A stretch of DNA of 41,568 nt, taken from assembly GCA_009602735.1 (NCBI GenBank), contig WELA01003449.1:25050-66617 (forward strand), in the 5' to 3' direction. Under the pieces are notes generated by a model. That model was not told the origin of the DNA and did no database searches. It saw only the letters and a program-made list of their open reading frames with translations. Below, piece by piece: positions 12,412 through 24,736 of this stretch. The DNA is from Mesotaenium endlicherianum (taxonomy: Eukaryota). Position 1 is the first letter of the stretch. Every line of letters begins with the position of its first letter. The translations under genes and the position numbers were made by a program.

Positions 12412-12534
12412 CTCTCTACAAGGGAGCAGGCAGACAGGTGGCGTCCTCGCGGAGGCCTGTCAGGGCCGCGTGTTCTCTCTACAGAGGGGCAGGCAGACAG
12501 GTGGCGCCCTCTCGAAGGCCCGTCAGGGCCGCGT
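12412..12534 (-). repeat. 63-bp-period tandem duplication of the last codons and stop of the G8 gene
   Basis: 12475-12534 and 12412-12471 are two copies of ctctctaca..g.gcaggcagacaggtggcg.cctc.cg.aggcc.gtcagggccgcgt. Confidence 0.95.
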
Positions 12535-13940
12535 CGAAGAAGCCATTGGCGGTGCTGCCCTTCATCTGATGCACCTCCACAGCCATGAGATTCTCTCCGG
12601 CCTTCAGCCAGCCCCCCGAGATGCGCGTGTCCTTTCTCGCCCAGGTCCCCCAGCTGGACGCTGACGTGTCGCTGCTCACGGGCCCAACTGGCATCTGCTG
12701 CCGGTACACCTCGCGCCCGTTCAAGTACACAACCTGTAGGTCTCGCACACACGTGCACACACGCACACGATGGAAGAGGATGAGAGAGTGAGGGAGAAGA
12801 GGATGAGAAGCCTGAGCTGGGCTCCTGACAAACTCAGCCCCTGTCCTTCACTCCTGCACGTGTCTGAGGCTACGGCTAAGGAACAAACTAATCGACATTT
12901 TGGATGAATCGAGGTCAAGATGGTATGTGCACATCACCTGTGTAGCAAAGGTACAACCAGAAGAGCAGATGCAAGCTATTTGCCTGCCTCAGCATGCACT
13001 CCCCAGGTTTTTGTAATTTGGGGCTGCAGAGTCCCGGGTATGAAAAAGGGACGACGAGGTGCTGCCAGCTGGCGCAACCCATGGCTGAGGAGCTAGGGGG
13101 CGTGCCATCCCAGTGCCCAGGTTCTCGGGGCAGCAGATGGAGCACGAAAAAGAGAGACACATACAAAGAGACATAGGGGGGCACACATAAAGAGAGAGAA
13201 AAGGGGAAGGGAGAGGACAAAGAGGGGGAGGACGGAGGGAGGGAGGGAGGGAAGAAGACGGAGGAAAGTTGGGAATGAGTAAAAGAGATTCTCACCGCTC
13301 CATCATTTGCCAGGAGAGAGCAAGTGAGGTCGAAGTAGCAGGGCCCGTCCAACGCCGTGAACACCCTCCTGAAGTAATACGCCCTCCGGCCGTTGCCAGC
13401 TGTCTCGTTGCTGATCCTCGTGGAGATCCCGCCGTTGACGCCGTAGCCCAGGTAGCCCTTGCCTGCCGATCCAACGATCCACGAGAGGGCGAGGCGAGAA
13501 CGACTTCAGACCCAAAATCCCGCTCTGTGCTCACATGAAGCTTGAAGTTCTTTTAGTGACCGTCGGGCAGGCAGGCAGGAGACCAGACGGATCTTCACGT
13601 GTAGAAGAAAGAACATGCGGACATACATTGTCATGGGGGATGGGACAGGAATGGGACAGGGATGGAACAGGGGTAGGACGGGGTGGGACAGAGATGGGAC
13701 GGGGATGGGATGCAGGTGGGACAGGGGTGGGACAGTGGTGGGACATGGCACAAAGTTACTCGAGAAGAGCAATCGCTGGGCCCTAAAGCTTCCCCCAAAA
13801 AAGAGCATGATAAGAACTAGGCCGGGGGCTTGGGATGCCTCACCTGACTTCCAAGCTGAGTCGTCAAACGCGGGCTGCATCCACGTCTTGCCAGGTGGCA
13901 GCGGCACGCTCGCGTCGTTGTACTTCCACACTGACTCGCT
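12479..13940 (-). other. Jelly-roll/galactose-binding-like module 3 (C-terminal)
   Basis: SVWKYNDAS...[21 protein letters not shown]...YYFRRVF...[21 protein letters not shown]...[14 protein letters not shown]...FFDAAL. Confidence 0.8.
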
Positions 13941-14853
13941 CTGTGGCCGCAGGAGCGCGCACGTACACACACACACACACACACACGCAAGGAGTCAGCA
14001 TCTTGGACAGGGAGTCGCACCAGAGAGGCGTCGTTGCACACGCGCAACCATGCACGCACAATTCACTCGGCAGGCCAGATTGCCGCCGCCGCCCGCAACG
14101 GCAGCAGCAGCAGCGGCCGGCCGACAAGACCAAGCAGGCAGGCACGCAGGCAGGCAGGCATGCAAGGCAAGAAGCGGGCTGAGACCCCATTGGGCTTGCA
14201 GGCCGACAGGCGGGTAGCTCGGCGGCCAGAAGCACGAGCTGGCAGCTGGGCGGCTGGACGGCTGGGGCACATACAGGCGAGCAGGGGGTGTGGCAACAGG
14301 GCAGCCGGAGGTGCGGCTGGGTGAGTGGGCGGGCGGGCAGGCAGCGCTTACTTGGATCAGGGTGCTGGGCGGCGGGCTGCGGATGCAAGCGGAGGGAGCC
14401 CCCGGGAGGGACTTGCAGGCCTTATACTCGTTCCTGCTGAGGTCCATGTCGAACGCGGCGTCGCCCGACCACAGGTATGCCTGGTGAAGCTCCGCCGTTA
14501 TCCAGTTGGTGCCCGCCTGCAAATGCAAGAGCACGCACGCATGCACGCGCACGCACACGCACACACGTCGACGAGAATTGCAACATTGAGAGAGAGGGGG
14601 GGGGCGGCGGGANNNNNNNNNNNNNNNNNNGGGAGGGGGGAGGGGGGAGGGGGCAATAGGAGGGAGGGGGCAAGCACACACAAAGAGAGTCGCTCTTCCC
14701 TAATAGGGTTTCTTGAAACCATACCGTCGGGAGGAAGCATGACTGTGGTGGGTGATGGCTGTGCATCAGAGGCGATGATCAGGCAAAGCTTGTGGTCTAG
14801 ATAGATGCGATCTAGATAGATGCGGTCTTGACGAAGTACCCTGCATGCTTCCA

Positions 14854-14886
<33 letters not shown>

Positions 14887-17800
14887 TCTTGGACGAGGCA
14901 GAAGACATACATGCATTCGTTGCTTTCAAGTCTCATACAAAATCTACTTGCCCTATGGAGGCGAACACCAGCTCTCACACACGCACTCTCTTGCCTCTCT
15001 CCCTTCTCCTCCCACACGCACCCCACCTATCGCAATGGCACGCACACTCTCACTCGCACGTGCTCACACACATGCTTACATGCATACGCACGGCGCACAT
15101 GCGCAGACGCACACGCTCACAGTCACGCACAGGCACACAGAGAGAGAGAGAGAGAGACACGCGCACATGTACACATGCACTGGCACACAGGCACACAGAC
15201 ACACGCACAAAAGACACATCACGCACACGCACACGCGCACCAAAATCACACGCGTGCACACGCACACACATGCACACGCACAACACACATACGCGCACGC
15301 ATCCTCCCCCCTTTGCGCGCGCACACACACACTTACTCACACACGCACCCACGCACACATGTACGCATGGACACACTCTCACATCGGAAGAAAGGTCTCA
15401 CCTGGAGGTACTTGGCAGTGCTGTGGGTGCACTGGGAGCACGCGACGTAGGCCCACTTGGAGTTCCAGTTCCCCACGGCCTGCGTGATGAGCGGCGCCAT
15501 CGTGTCGAACTTCACGGCGCCAGCTGGCATGTTGCTGCGCATCACCTCCGCCCCGTTGAGGTAGACCACCACGCCGTCGTCCTTGCGCACGTTGAGATCT
15601 GCGCACACGCGGGGGCAGCGTTGGGTGCACGCACGCGCGTGCGTGCGGGGCATGCGTGAGCTGGAGCCCATCAGTAAGCGTGCTGAGATTAAGTTGATAT
15701 ATTGGCTTCAGCTCAGAACAAAGCCCTGCCTTCACATGATTTATAAGCTCTAAGCTACTCCTTTTCAAAAAGAAATAGATAAGATTTTAGGGTCTAGGGC
15801 TACCGCTAGGGTTATATTAGGGTTAAATTAGCGTGAAGAGTTCATGTCATCCCATGCACGCTAGAGATCCAGAACAAATTTTCCGCTAAGGCGAAGGCTT
15901 GCATCCAAATTAAGATGACAGTTTCCGATAATGGCATTATGATGGGCGGGGCTCAAAGATGGAGCTTAGGCTTAGGGTTTGCGTCTCACCAATGCTGAAG
16001 GTGTTGGCGACCTCAGCCGCCGTCAGGGTGAAGGGCTTGGCGAGGTAGTGCGTCACAAACTTGCCCTGGATGAGCGGAAGCGCCGTCGCAAACGTGTCCG
16101 TCAGGACGTACTGGTCGTAGCCCAGAGGGGCGGCCCCCACCTCCCATCCCGCCACTGCCGCGCCCCTGCTCGATCAAAGCGAGGAAGAGGGGCTTTCTGA
16201 GTTAGGGGTTTTCCCGTTGGGTATGGGATCGGCTCGGCACTCAGAGATGCCGGCGAGGGCAGCGCAGGAGAGGAGGAGCCAACAGACTCTGGGGAAGATG
16301 GAGGAGCAAGAGAGATGCATGAGGGGGTGGGGGAGGGGAGGTAAACACACGTGTTACGAGAAGGCACATGAAATACATTTCAAAGCACGTAGAGAGAAGC
16401 GCGAGGAATATAAAAGAGGACACGCATCCGCAGAGCGAGCACAGAGCAAATGCAGAGAAGAAGACGCGTTTGCACGCCAGATGGCAGACGCCAGAAGAAG
16501 ACTCCAGCCACAAAAAACGAAGGGGCAGTACAGAAGTCTGAGTGCGCAGTCTCAACGACGCACCATTTTTATTTTTCATTCGCCCATCGCGCGCACAGAA
16601 GCGACCACACAGAGACAAGTCGTTTGCATAAAAGAGCAGCAGTAGAGATAACCCCGGGCGCGAGCTGAGCTGGCACGCACCCCTTGCGCCACGCGGGGCT
16701 GATCGCGTCGAGGTCCCCCCCCTGGCCGTAGTAGCGCCATCCCGAGGAGTTCTGGCCCCACTCGGGAGTCGGCGACGTGAGCGCGCCCACAGGCAGGCAC
16801 TGGCCCTGGAAGCAGCCCTGGCCCGCCGCGCAGTCCAGCTGGCCCAGCCCGTTGTCCACCCGCCCGTCGCAGTCGTCGTCCTTGCCATTGCACCTGCACC
16901 CCGGGGTGTCGCCAAGTTGCCATTGCCAACGACGGAGGACAGGCGTATGCTGATGAGTCTGTGTGTGTGGAGCGGGGGGGGGGGGGGGGGGNNNNNNNNN
17001 NNNNNNNNNNNNNGGGGGGGGGGGGTGGGGGAGGGTGTGCGTACGTATGTGTATGTTCGTGCAGGTGCGTGTGTGTGTGGGCGTGGAGTCTCAAAAAAAT
17101 GAGGATGCGAGGAGAAAAGGGCTTGAGCTGCTTGGGCTACGATAGGCTAGAAAAGTTTCGTCAGCATCAAAAGAGCAAGTAAGGACCTCTCCCGTGACTC
17201 GTCCAAAATATACAGGAAACCAAAAAGTAGGAGACAAACTGAGAGAAGGAAGACAAAAAGGGAGAGGGAGAGAAAGAATGGCGGAGGATGGAGGGGCGCA
17301 AAAAAGAAGGGGGACGTACTTCTCCTCCGAGGGAGCCTTGGCAGTGCATCCGGCCCACTCGCCGCCCACGCACGTGGCGACACCTGTCCCGCACGCCGTC
17401 TGGCACGCCTGCGTCAACGGCTTCCCGTCCGCCCCTTCGTCCACTTTGCCTGCCAGATGTCACGCATGAGAAGGAGCCACGGTGCCACGTCAGCGGCATG
17501 CCAGGCCCGCATCGATGGCTCTTAGCTCTCCAGGTGGCGCATTCAACTGCCCACTGAAGCTTCTCCCTGAAAGGGGTTGAGCTTTGTCCGAGCTCCATGC
17601 CTGGCAACGAGTGGCAGTCAGAAGTAAGCGCATGCTGGAGAGGGATACACACATACACACACACACACACACACACATGGATGTGAGGGAAAACATATAT
17701 GCTAGCTTGACGAGGCAAAACATCATCCAGCACAGCAGAGCTCTTCCAAAGTAGAAACTAAGAAAAAAGATAGACAGCCTGGTCCTTCCATAGTCGGAGT

Positions 17801-20632
17801 CAGCCGCCCAAGCCTGCATCGTAGCAGCAAACGCATCTCCCCCTATAGGAAATTCCAAGGATTTCAAACACATAGCCTCAAAAAGGGTGCAGAGGAGCAG
17901 CAGGTTCTGGCCCTGCTCACCGTCATTGTCATTGTCGACGCCGTCGCAGATCTCGGGCGCACTCGATACGCTCAACTTGCAACTGTCAGTCCTGCTCCGT
18001 TCACGTCCCGCACACGGCCCCCATTCCCCGCCCCCTTCTGCACTTGTAAGCAACAGCAGTTGACACCCACGTACGTACACAACGTGTTGGTTTGCACATA
18101 CATCTAACTATTATGAACATACGCACATATGTACATATATGTGTGGATATGTGAGTACGCTCATCATCTCATTCGAGTGCAGAAAGAGAAGGACAGCTGG
18201 CGCACCGGACTTGCGCTGTCAGCCGTAGATCGAATCCCAGCATCCACGCGTAGGTCTGGAAGCTGTGGACCTCCACTGCCAGCAGATTGGATCCTTCCAC
18301 CAGGGACGACGCCAGGCTGGCAGCATTCCACAGCAGGTGGCTCTGGTCTGCGGACAGAAAGGGCACCGGCTTGAGCGCCTGCTCACATTTACAAACAGGA
18401 GGCAGTTTGCAACTCAAAGTCATCAGTAAGTAGTGTGGTAATCAGTAAGAAGGTCGATGAATTTACGTTGGCCAGCAACGGCACGGAGTGGCTTGAGTGT
18501 CTCAGCACGTGCAGGCATAAACATGTGCTTGAAGTTGTGAACACTAGTTCAGGAAGCCGGGCACATTGCATGCCAATCTGTGCAAGTGCGTTTGGAGAGC
18601 AGCCTCGTACCTTTGTGCCGAACACGACGGGGCCAGCTGGCATGTTGTACCGCCCAATCTCCTTGTTGTTGAGGTAAAAGACAGCGCCGTCGCTGACAGC
18701 CCACTCCAGGTTGAGGCCAGAAAAGCAGGCCGACGACTTCACTGTGAAAGACTTGCGGAAGTAGTAGACCATCTTGGTGGGCAGGGGCAGCACCGTCGCA
18801 ATCCAGTTCGAGTCTGCAGACCCTCACTCACATCACACGCACATCACATGTTACCATCTAACATTATCATCGAGTTACTTCCGGACGCGGATCGAGTCTG
18901 ACCTCGAGTCCAACCTTTCTCTTGATGCCGAGTATTGTACCCACACAACACACACGTGACCATGCATTTGCAGAATGTGCATTCATTTTTTGCACAAAAC
19001 TGTTCTGTTAGCACAATCTCTGGGTTAAGATGTTGCAATCATGCTAGCATGCCACCTGGCGGAGCTACAGGCAGAACGAGGAGAGGAGGAACTCACATCC
19101 TAGGTACCCGAAGACAGCTGCCCCCGTCTTCCAGCCAGCAGTGCTAAAGGCGGGGTTTTTGAACTTTGCAACTAAGTCCGTTCCCGACGCGTCATAGAGC
19201 CAGGAGCTGCCACTTGGCACGAGGCCGCACGTCCTGCAGGGCATTGGCACGTGGGAGGAAAAGGCAGCCGTAATATTTAGAGGGGGACCCACACAAAAGA
19301 AGGAACCTTTTCTGGCAGCCTACCAAGGCTGACGCTGAGCAGTTCAGATGCATTCGAAAAGTGAAAGCAGTAGCAAACAGAAACTTCCATGATCACACAC
19401 ACACACACACATGTGCGCGCGCGCGCACACAGCTACATGCACATGCATACACAGACAAACACACACACGTACGCACAGGTGTAAAAGCATTTGACTTTAA
19501 GGAACGCACAAGTACACACGCGCACATACACACAATGTACATGCGCGTGCATACACACAATGTACACAAGTTTATGTGCGTGCTTACTTGGAAGTTGCGC
19601 TGCAGGTGGAGGGCGCAAGAGAGAGCGCCAGGGCGCCGGCGAACGCGGCTCCCAACGCCACCTCCTGTGTCCTCGTCTGGCAGTTCAATTGCCAGGTGGC
19701 CACTGTGGGCGGCAGAGGGGCCACTCCCGGACAGGGGCTGCCGTACACAAGCACACCAAAAAAAAAAAATACAAAAAAAAATTCAAGAACAGAGTGGATG
19801 TTTTAGAATTCCAGCATGGGCCTAGGAGTAAAGAGTTACGTATTTTCTTGCTTCTGGCGTTGATGCGATAATCCTTCCAGGGTCCAGGGGCGCACAATCC
19901 AGAAATCAACGGTTGGGGGTCCTATGCGCCGATGCAAGGAGCGTGCCAGAAGCGTAGGTTGACGGCAGATATGACCCTAGGATGGGAGAGCGGGCCTCGC
20001 ATGCACTCGCGTGTGCAGATAGACTGTAGTATCGAGCAAGGAAAGACAGGAAAACTGGGAAGATGTGCGCACAGGAGCCTCTCCTGAGAGAGGATGAGGA
20101 GACAGAGGAGAGGGAGAGAGGGAGAGAGGGGGAGAGGAAGAGGGAGAGGAAGAGGGAGAGAGAGAGGGAGAGGGAGAGGGAGAATGAGAGGGAGAGAGGG
20201 ACGGGGAGGGAGAGAGACGGGGAGGGTGAGCAGGAGAGGAGGAGGTAGACAAAGATGAAGAACCAAGAGAGGGAAAGATAGGAGGATAAAAGAGGGCGAG
20301 GGAGAGGGCGTACCTAGGAACGGCAGCGTTGGAGGCAAGAACGTTCCACTGCTTGCCACTTGGCGCCGCCAGCCTCAGCGTCAGGCCCTGCCCGCAGCCG
20401 CCTGCGTCCTTAAACTTGACACCCACGGCTGTCGGGTAGAATTTTGGGGCGTCGGATCCTGGCTTGATGACGACCTCGTACGTCAGTCCCCCCAGCAGAG
20501 TGGCCGTGAAGAATCGCTGATTTGCTGACGTCTGCCCGTACTCTCCCGTCTGCTGCAGGTTGCCGTCGAGCGTGAAGGTCTTCCCGTCCGCCACTCGCTT
20601 GATTTGCACCTGGCTGCGCCCCAGAAACTCGC

Positions 20633-20711
<79 letters not shown>

Positions 20712-20712
20712 N

Positions 20713-20758
<46 letters not shown>

Positions 20759-23700
20759 CATATACATCCAGAGACAAGTTCGGATCAGATGCGATCCGAG
20801 CGTCAAACACGAACCAAGGCTTGCAACGCTTGCTGTGCGGTATTTTGTGGTACTTCTAGTACGCTCTGTACCGCCCCTGCCAGGTGGCAAGGAGTGTGTG
20901 CTGCCGCTGGAGTCAGCCAGAGGGGAGCCAGTCAGCTGCTGCGCTTACCTGTACTCCCCAGAGGCGTGCCCCCCCACATGCTTGAAGGCGGGCTCCACAT
21001 AGTCGACCTGGACCGTCCGGTAGCACGTGCCGGGACAGCTATATGCGTTCCAGCTCTTCCGGAAGGTACAGGCGGCGGGAGCCAGGGGCAGGATGCTCGG
21101 GTTGTTGGCCATGACAAACCCAGGTTTCCCCAGTATGCTCCCGTCGAGGTCGCGCAGCGCGTAGAACTGCGACTGCTCGCCGCCGTCGCCGGGCACCATG
21201 CTTCCCTGCGCGTGCGCACACGTCGCAAGCAAGCAAGCGTCAGAGGCCGTAAACAGGCAGCTAGGCAGGCACTGCCAGGCAGACAGTCTGGTGGCAGCAG
21301 GCAGGCGGGCAGGCGGGCAGGCAGGCAGGAAGTCAGGGAGGCTGGCAGGTGGGCAGGCAGCAGCAGCAGCAGGCAGGCAAGCAGGCAAGCAGGCAGGCCG
21401 GCAGGCATGCGTGTGGGAAGGCAGGGCAAGCAGGTGAGCAGGCAGCATGCGAAGAGTCAATGCAGGCCAAGGGAAAGCAAAGGAGGAGCTTGGCAAAAGA
21501 GGGCAGCCCTGGGAAGAGAGAGCAGCTTACAGAGAGTACTGTGAGCTTGGGGAAGGCCCACACGCGGTTGCTCACCGCGTCAAACTTCAGGCCCTGCACA
21601 CATAAGCACACGCCCCTTGCCGCTCTTGTCAGGGAGGCAGCTTATGAGTTGGCAACGCCGGTACCAGCAGATATCACATCATTACTTGCGGGATGACTAC
21701 GCCTTTTACTATCTTCTAGCAGATAGTAACAGGTTCTCTGTCGATACCAGTTGCCGTTGACATCATCAAGAGCATTGAACATTGCTTGAAGCTACTCACT
21801 GGCAGGTCCGCCTGCTGAGGCCCAGTGGAAAGTGCAATCAAGGAGGGAAGGACAACACAAGATGCAATCTTATAATTTAAATGCCCGAGACCCTTGAGAA
21901 TTAAAACAACAGCAGACAGGGAGCTTCCAAGGGGGGAGGGGCACCCAGGGGTGGGGAAAGAGGAAGGCCGACGAGGTGCAAGGGAAACAAACGAACCGTG
22001 ACAGAGTGCGAGGGGTTGAAGAAGTCGCCGCGGCCCTCTCCCATCAGCGCCACTGCGGCTGCCGGGCGGCACGTCGCGTCATAGAAAGAGAAGCTGCGCG
22101 GGCAGAAGGGACAGGTGGCACCACAAGGCTCCTGAGGCTTTACTTTTTTCGCGCACACAAGGCATGTGCACTTAAGAATGTATTGCTCTTGACGATGCAT
22201 TCATGCATGAAGTGGGCGTGAGGTCCGTACACGTACCTGTGTATACACAAGTATGCCTACACATGTGTATGTATCTATGTTTATAATTATGTATATCTAC
22301 GTACATATCTATGTGTATATAAATTCGTATTTCTTTGTTCATTCTTCAAAGGTAAAGATACCCAGCATAGAATTTTCAATCGTGATGCACCAGTATAACG
22401 GAATGTCAAGCCAGCTCTACGAAGCACACTCTGCTCCCAAAATCGTTTCTATAAATGCAATGCGTGCTTCACATTTTTTGAACTGAAGTTTCAAATATGG
22501 GGAAGAGAGGATGGGGAGAGGGGGCAGAGGGGGGCGGAGGAAGGGGGGGGAGAGGGGGAGGGTGTCACTCTTACGAAGAGCTGCGGACAATGTTGGGGAA
22601 GAGGCCGCTCTCGCTGCGGTTGCCCTGGTCAATCCCCACGCCCAGCAAGGGCTTGCCGCGCCAGTCGGCCACCGACCTGCCCTGCTGTCCAGCTGCCACC
22701 GGCGGGCTGCGCCATGTGTACAGCCGCCACGTGGCCACGAGGGAAGCCGCCACCCACGCACGCCAGCACGCGAGTCAGATAGAGGACGTGTTCATACGAC
22801 CACTCTTTCTGAGTATCTTTGTTTCTTAGTATTAGAACTTTACACCGTGTGCGTGCGTGTATGTGGCGAAGGGGGGTGGGGGGGGGGCACGTGCACGCAG
22901 GCAGGCTGCGGAGAGGAGATGGCGACAAGTGGCAGCAACTTACTTGCACCCGTTGGAAGTCTGGCAGCCTGTCCATATCGAGGTGCTCGCGCTCTGGCAG
23001 GCCCCAGGGGTGGGGTTGCCAAGGTTGTTGCTGAGTGCGACGAATGCGGAGAGCTGCACTGTGATCGTCTCGTCCTGGTTCATCATCACGCCCATGTCAT
23101 TGTCGGCAAACTGGGAGTCTGTGATGACGAGGCGGTCCGTGTTGTGGATGAACATTCTGCCCCCCCACAGAGAGAGGGAGAGGGAGAGAAAGCGACAGGA
23201 TGTGAGGAATTTGATTGTTGAAAGAATCGGTGCGGACGACAGAGCATGCTAGTGCATGCCAGCGTACTGATTCGCCAGCATACTGATTTGCCAGGTACTG
23301 ATTTGCAGGCAGATCAGAAAAAATCAACGTGGAACCATACATACGGGCGCCTGAGTGTCAGTTTCGACCAGAAAATACAAGAAAAACAAACAGAACTGGA
23401 AGAAGTAACGAGGAGATGAAACAGGAACACGGTGAGAAGTCTACGGGATTTAATGGAGAGGAAAAGTCAGCCTAAGAGGAAAGATCCCTATCGCATTAAG
23501 GTGAAACGAAGAGGGCACTTAGTTGAGGGGCGCACAAAATATGCACAACAGCTCTCTGTTACATCAATGCTGGACCTCAGTCACCGCATCTTCCTTACAT
23601 CAATGCTGGATGGACTTCAATCACTGCAACTCACCCAAAGCCGCGGTTCTTGTAAGCGTTCAACTTCGAGACGGTGGTCAAACCGTACTTCTGCACGCAC

Positions 23701-24699
23701 ACACACACACGCACACGCACGCACATACACGCGCACATGCACGCACGTGAGCGCGTGCAACAATAACGCGAGAAAACCTACAGAGAACTGAAACTTGAGC
23801 CTGGTGTTCTTGCTCTTCCTCCTCCTCCCCATCCTGAGCAGCAGCAGCAGCAGCAGCGGCAGCAAGAGTCCTGAAATGAGCACTCACGGATCCCCAGCGG
23901 TTGTCGAGGCGGGGCCGGTTGCCGTGGGGGTACGTGCGAACGCCCGTGTCGCAGGAGTGGGCTGTGTTGCCCGAGAAGCCGGCCAGGATGGTGAAGAAGG
24001 GGTTGGTGCCGTTGACAAGCGCAAACTTCAGCGACAATCCCCGCACCTCCTCGCGCAGTTCGAACCAGAACCTGCGAGAGGGGGGCCATCGTGCGCGTGT
24101 GCGCAGGAAAGATGGTCAGTGGGCTGGAGAGGAGCCATCGAGGGACTCGGAAGTTCGGAAGATTGAGTGCGAGTGATAGATTTGTTCGTTGAACGTACAG
24201 ATGCATACACGTGCATGTGAGTATGTTTGGCGAGGGTGTGTGTGTGTGCGCGCGTACGCGTGTGTGCGTGTGCGTGTGTGCGTGTGTGCGTGCATGTGTG
24301 CGCACACCCATGTATGTACTGCAATGAAACGAGATATGCGCATGTACATCTGTGCAGAGCTCCTTCTGACTACACCTGTAACTACCAGCATGCCGGGAAC
24401 ACAATTGCACAACAGGGGGCATCAACTCATGTGCAGAGGCACACAGATTCACAGGAACTCCTGGGAGTGACAAAGGCCGGGGACCCACCCCGAGTGATCG
24501 GAGCCTGCCGCGACATTGTTGATGTATCGGTTGTTCATGTTGGTAATCCAGAACGCACTGGGCTGGTTGTCGGTCTCATCTGCCGATATCAGCTTGCTCA
24601 CTGTAGCAGCGGCCCAGCCAAAGATAATCGGAAGGAGGGGGGGGGAGAGGAGGAAAAAGGAAGGAGGAAGAAGAAGAGGTCGCGTCAGGGACAGATGAG

Positions 24700-24736
<37 letters not shown>

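Noticed and set aside
14828..15659. His/Thr-rich and Cys/Val-rich ORFs (also 24189-24859, 27616-28560, 20560-21544)
   Set aside because: They are translations of CA/TG/AG/GGCA microsatellites or antisense of real exons.
15785..15830. Telomere-like TTAGGG motifs in an intron
   Set aside because: Only a few scattered, degenerate units; not an array.
19840..19976. Candidate exon [27 protein letters not shown] (- strand)
   Set aside because: Phase-incompatible with the upstream phase-2 donor; the in-phase readings hit stops. 20314->19737 joins cleanly.
20815..20876. Candidate small exon [20 protein letters not shown] (- strand) in the G8 gene
   Set aside because: It ends in phase 1, but the next acceptors (exon starts 20613 or 20609) need phase 2 or 0. 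Direct splicing 20949->20613 keeps the frame.
23097..23342. [26 protein letters not shown]
   Set aside because: Its repeated part comes from a ~15-bp intronic tandem repeat (tactgatttgccag), and it is not needed for the phase-consistent model.
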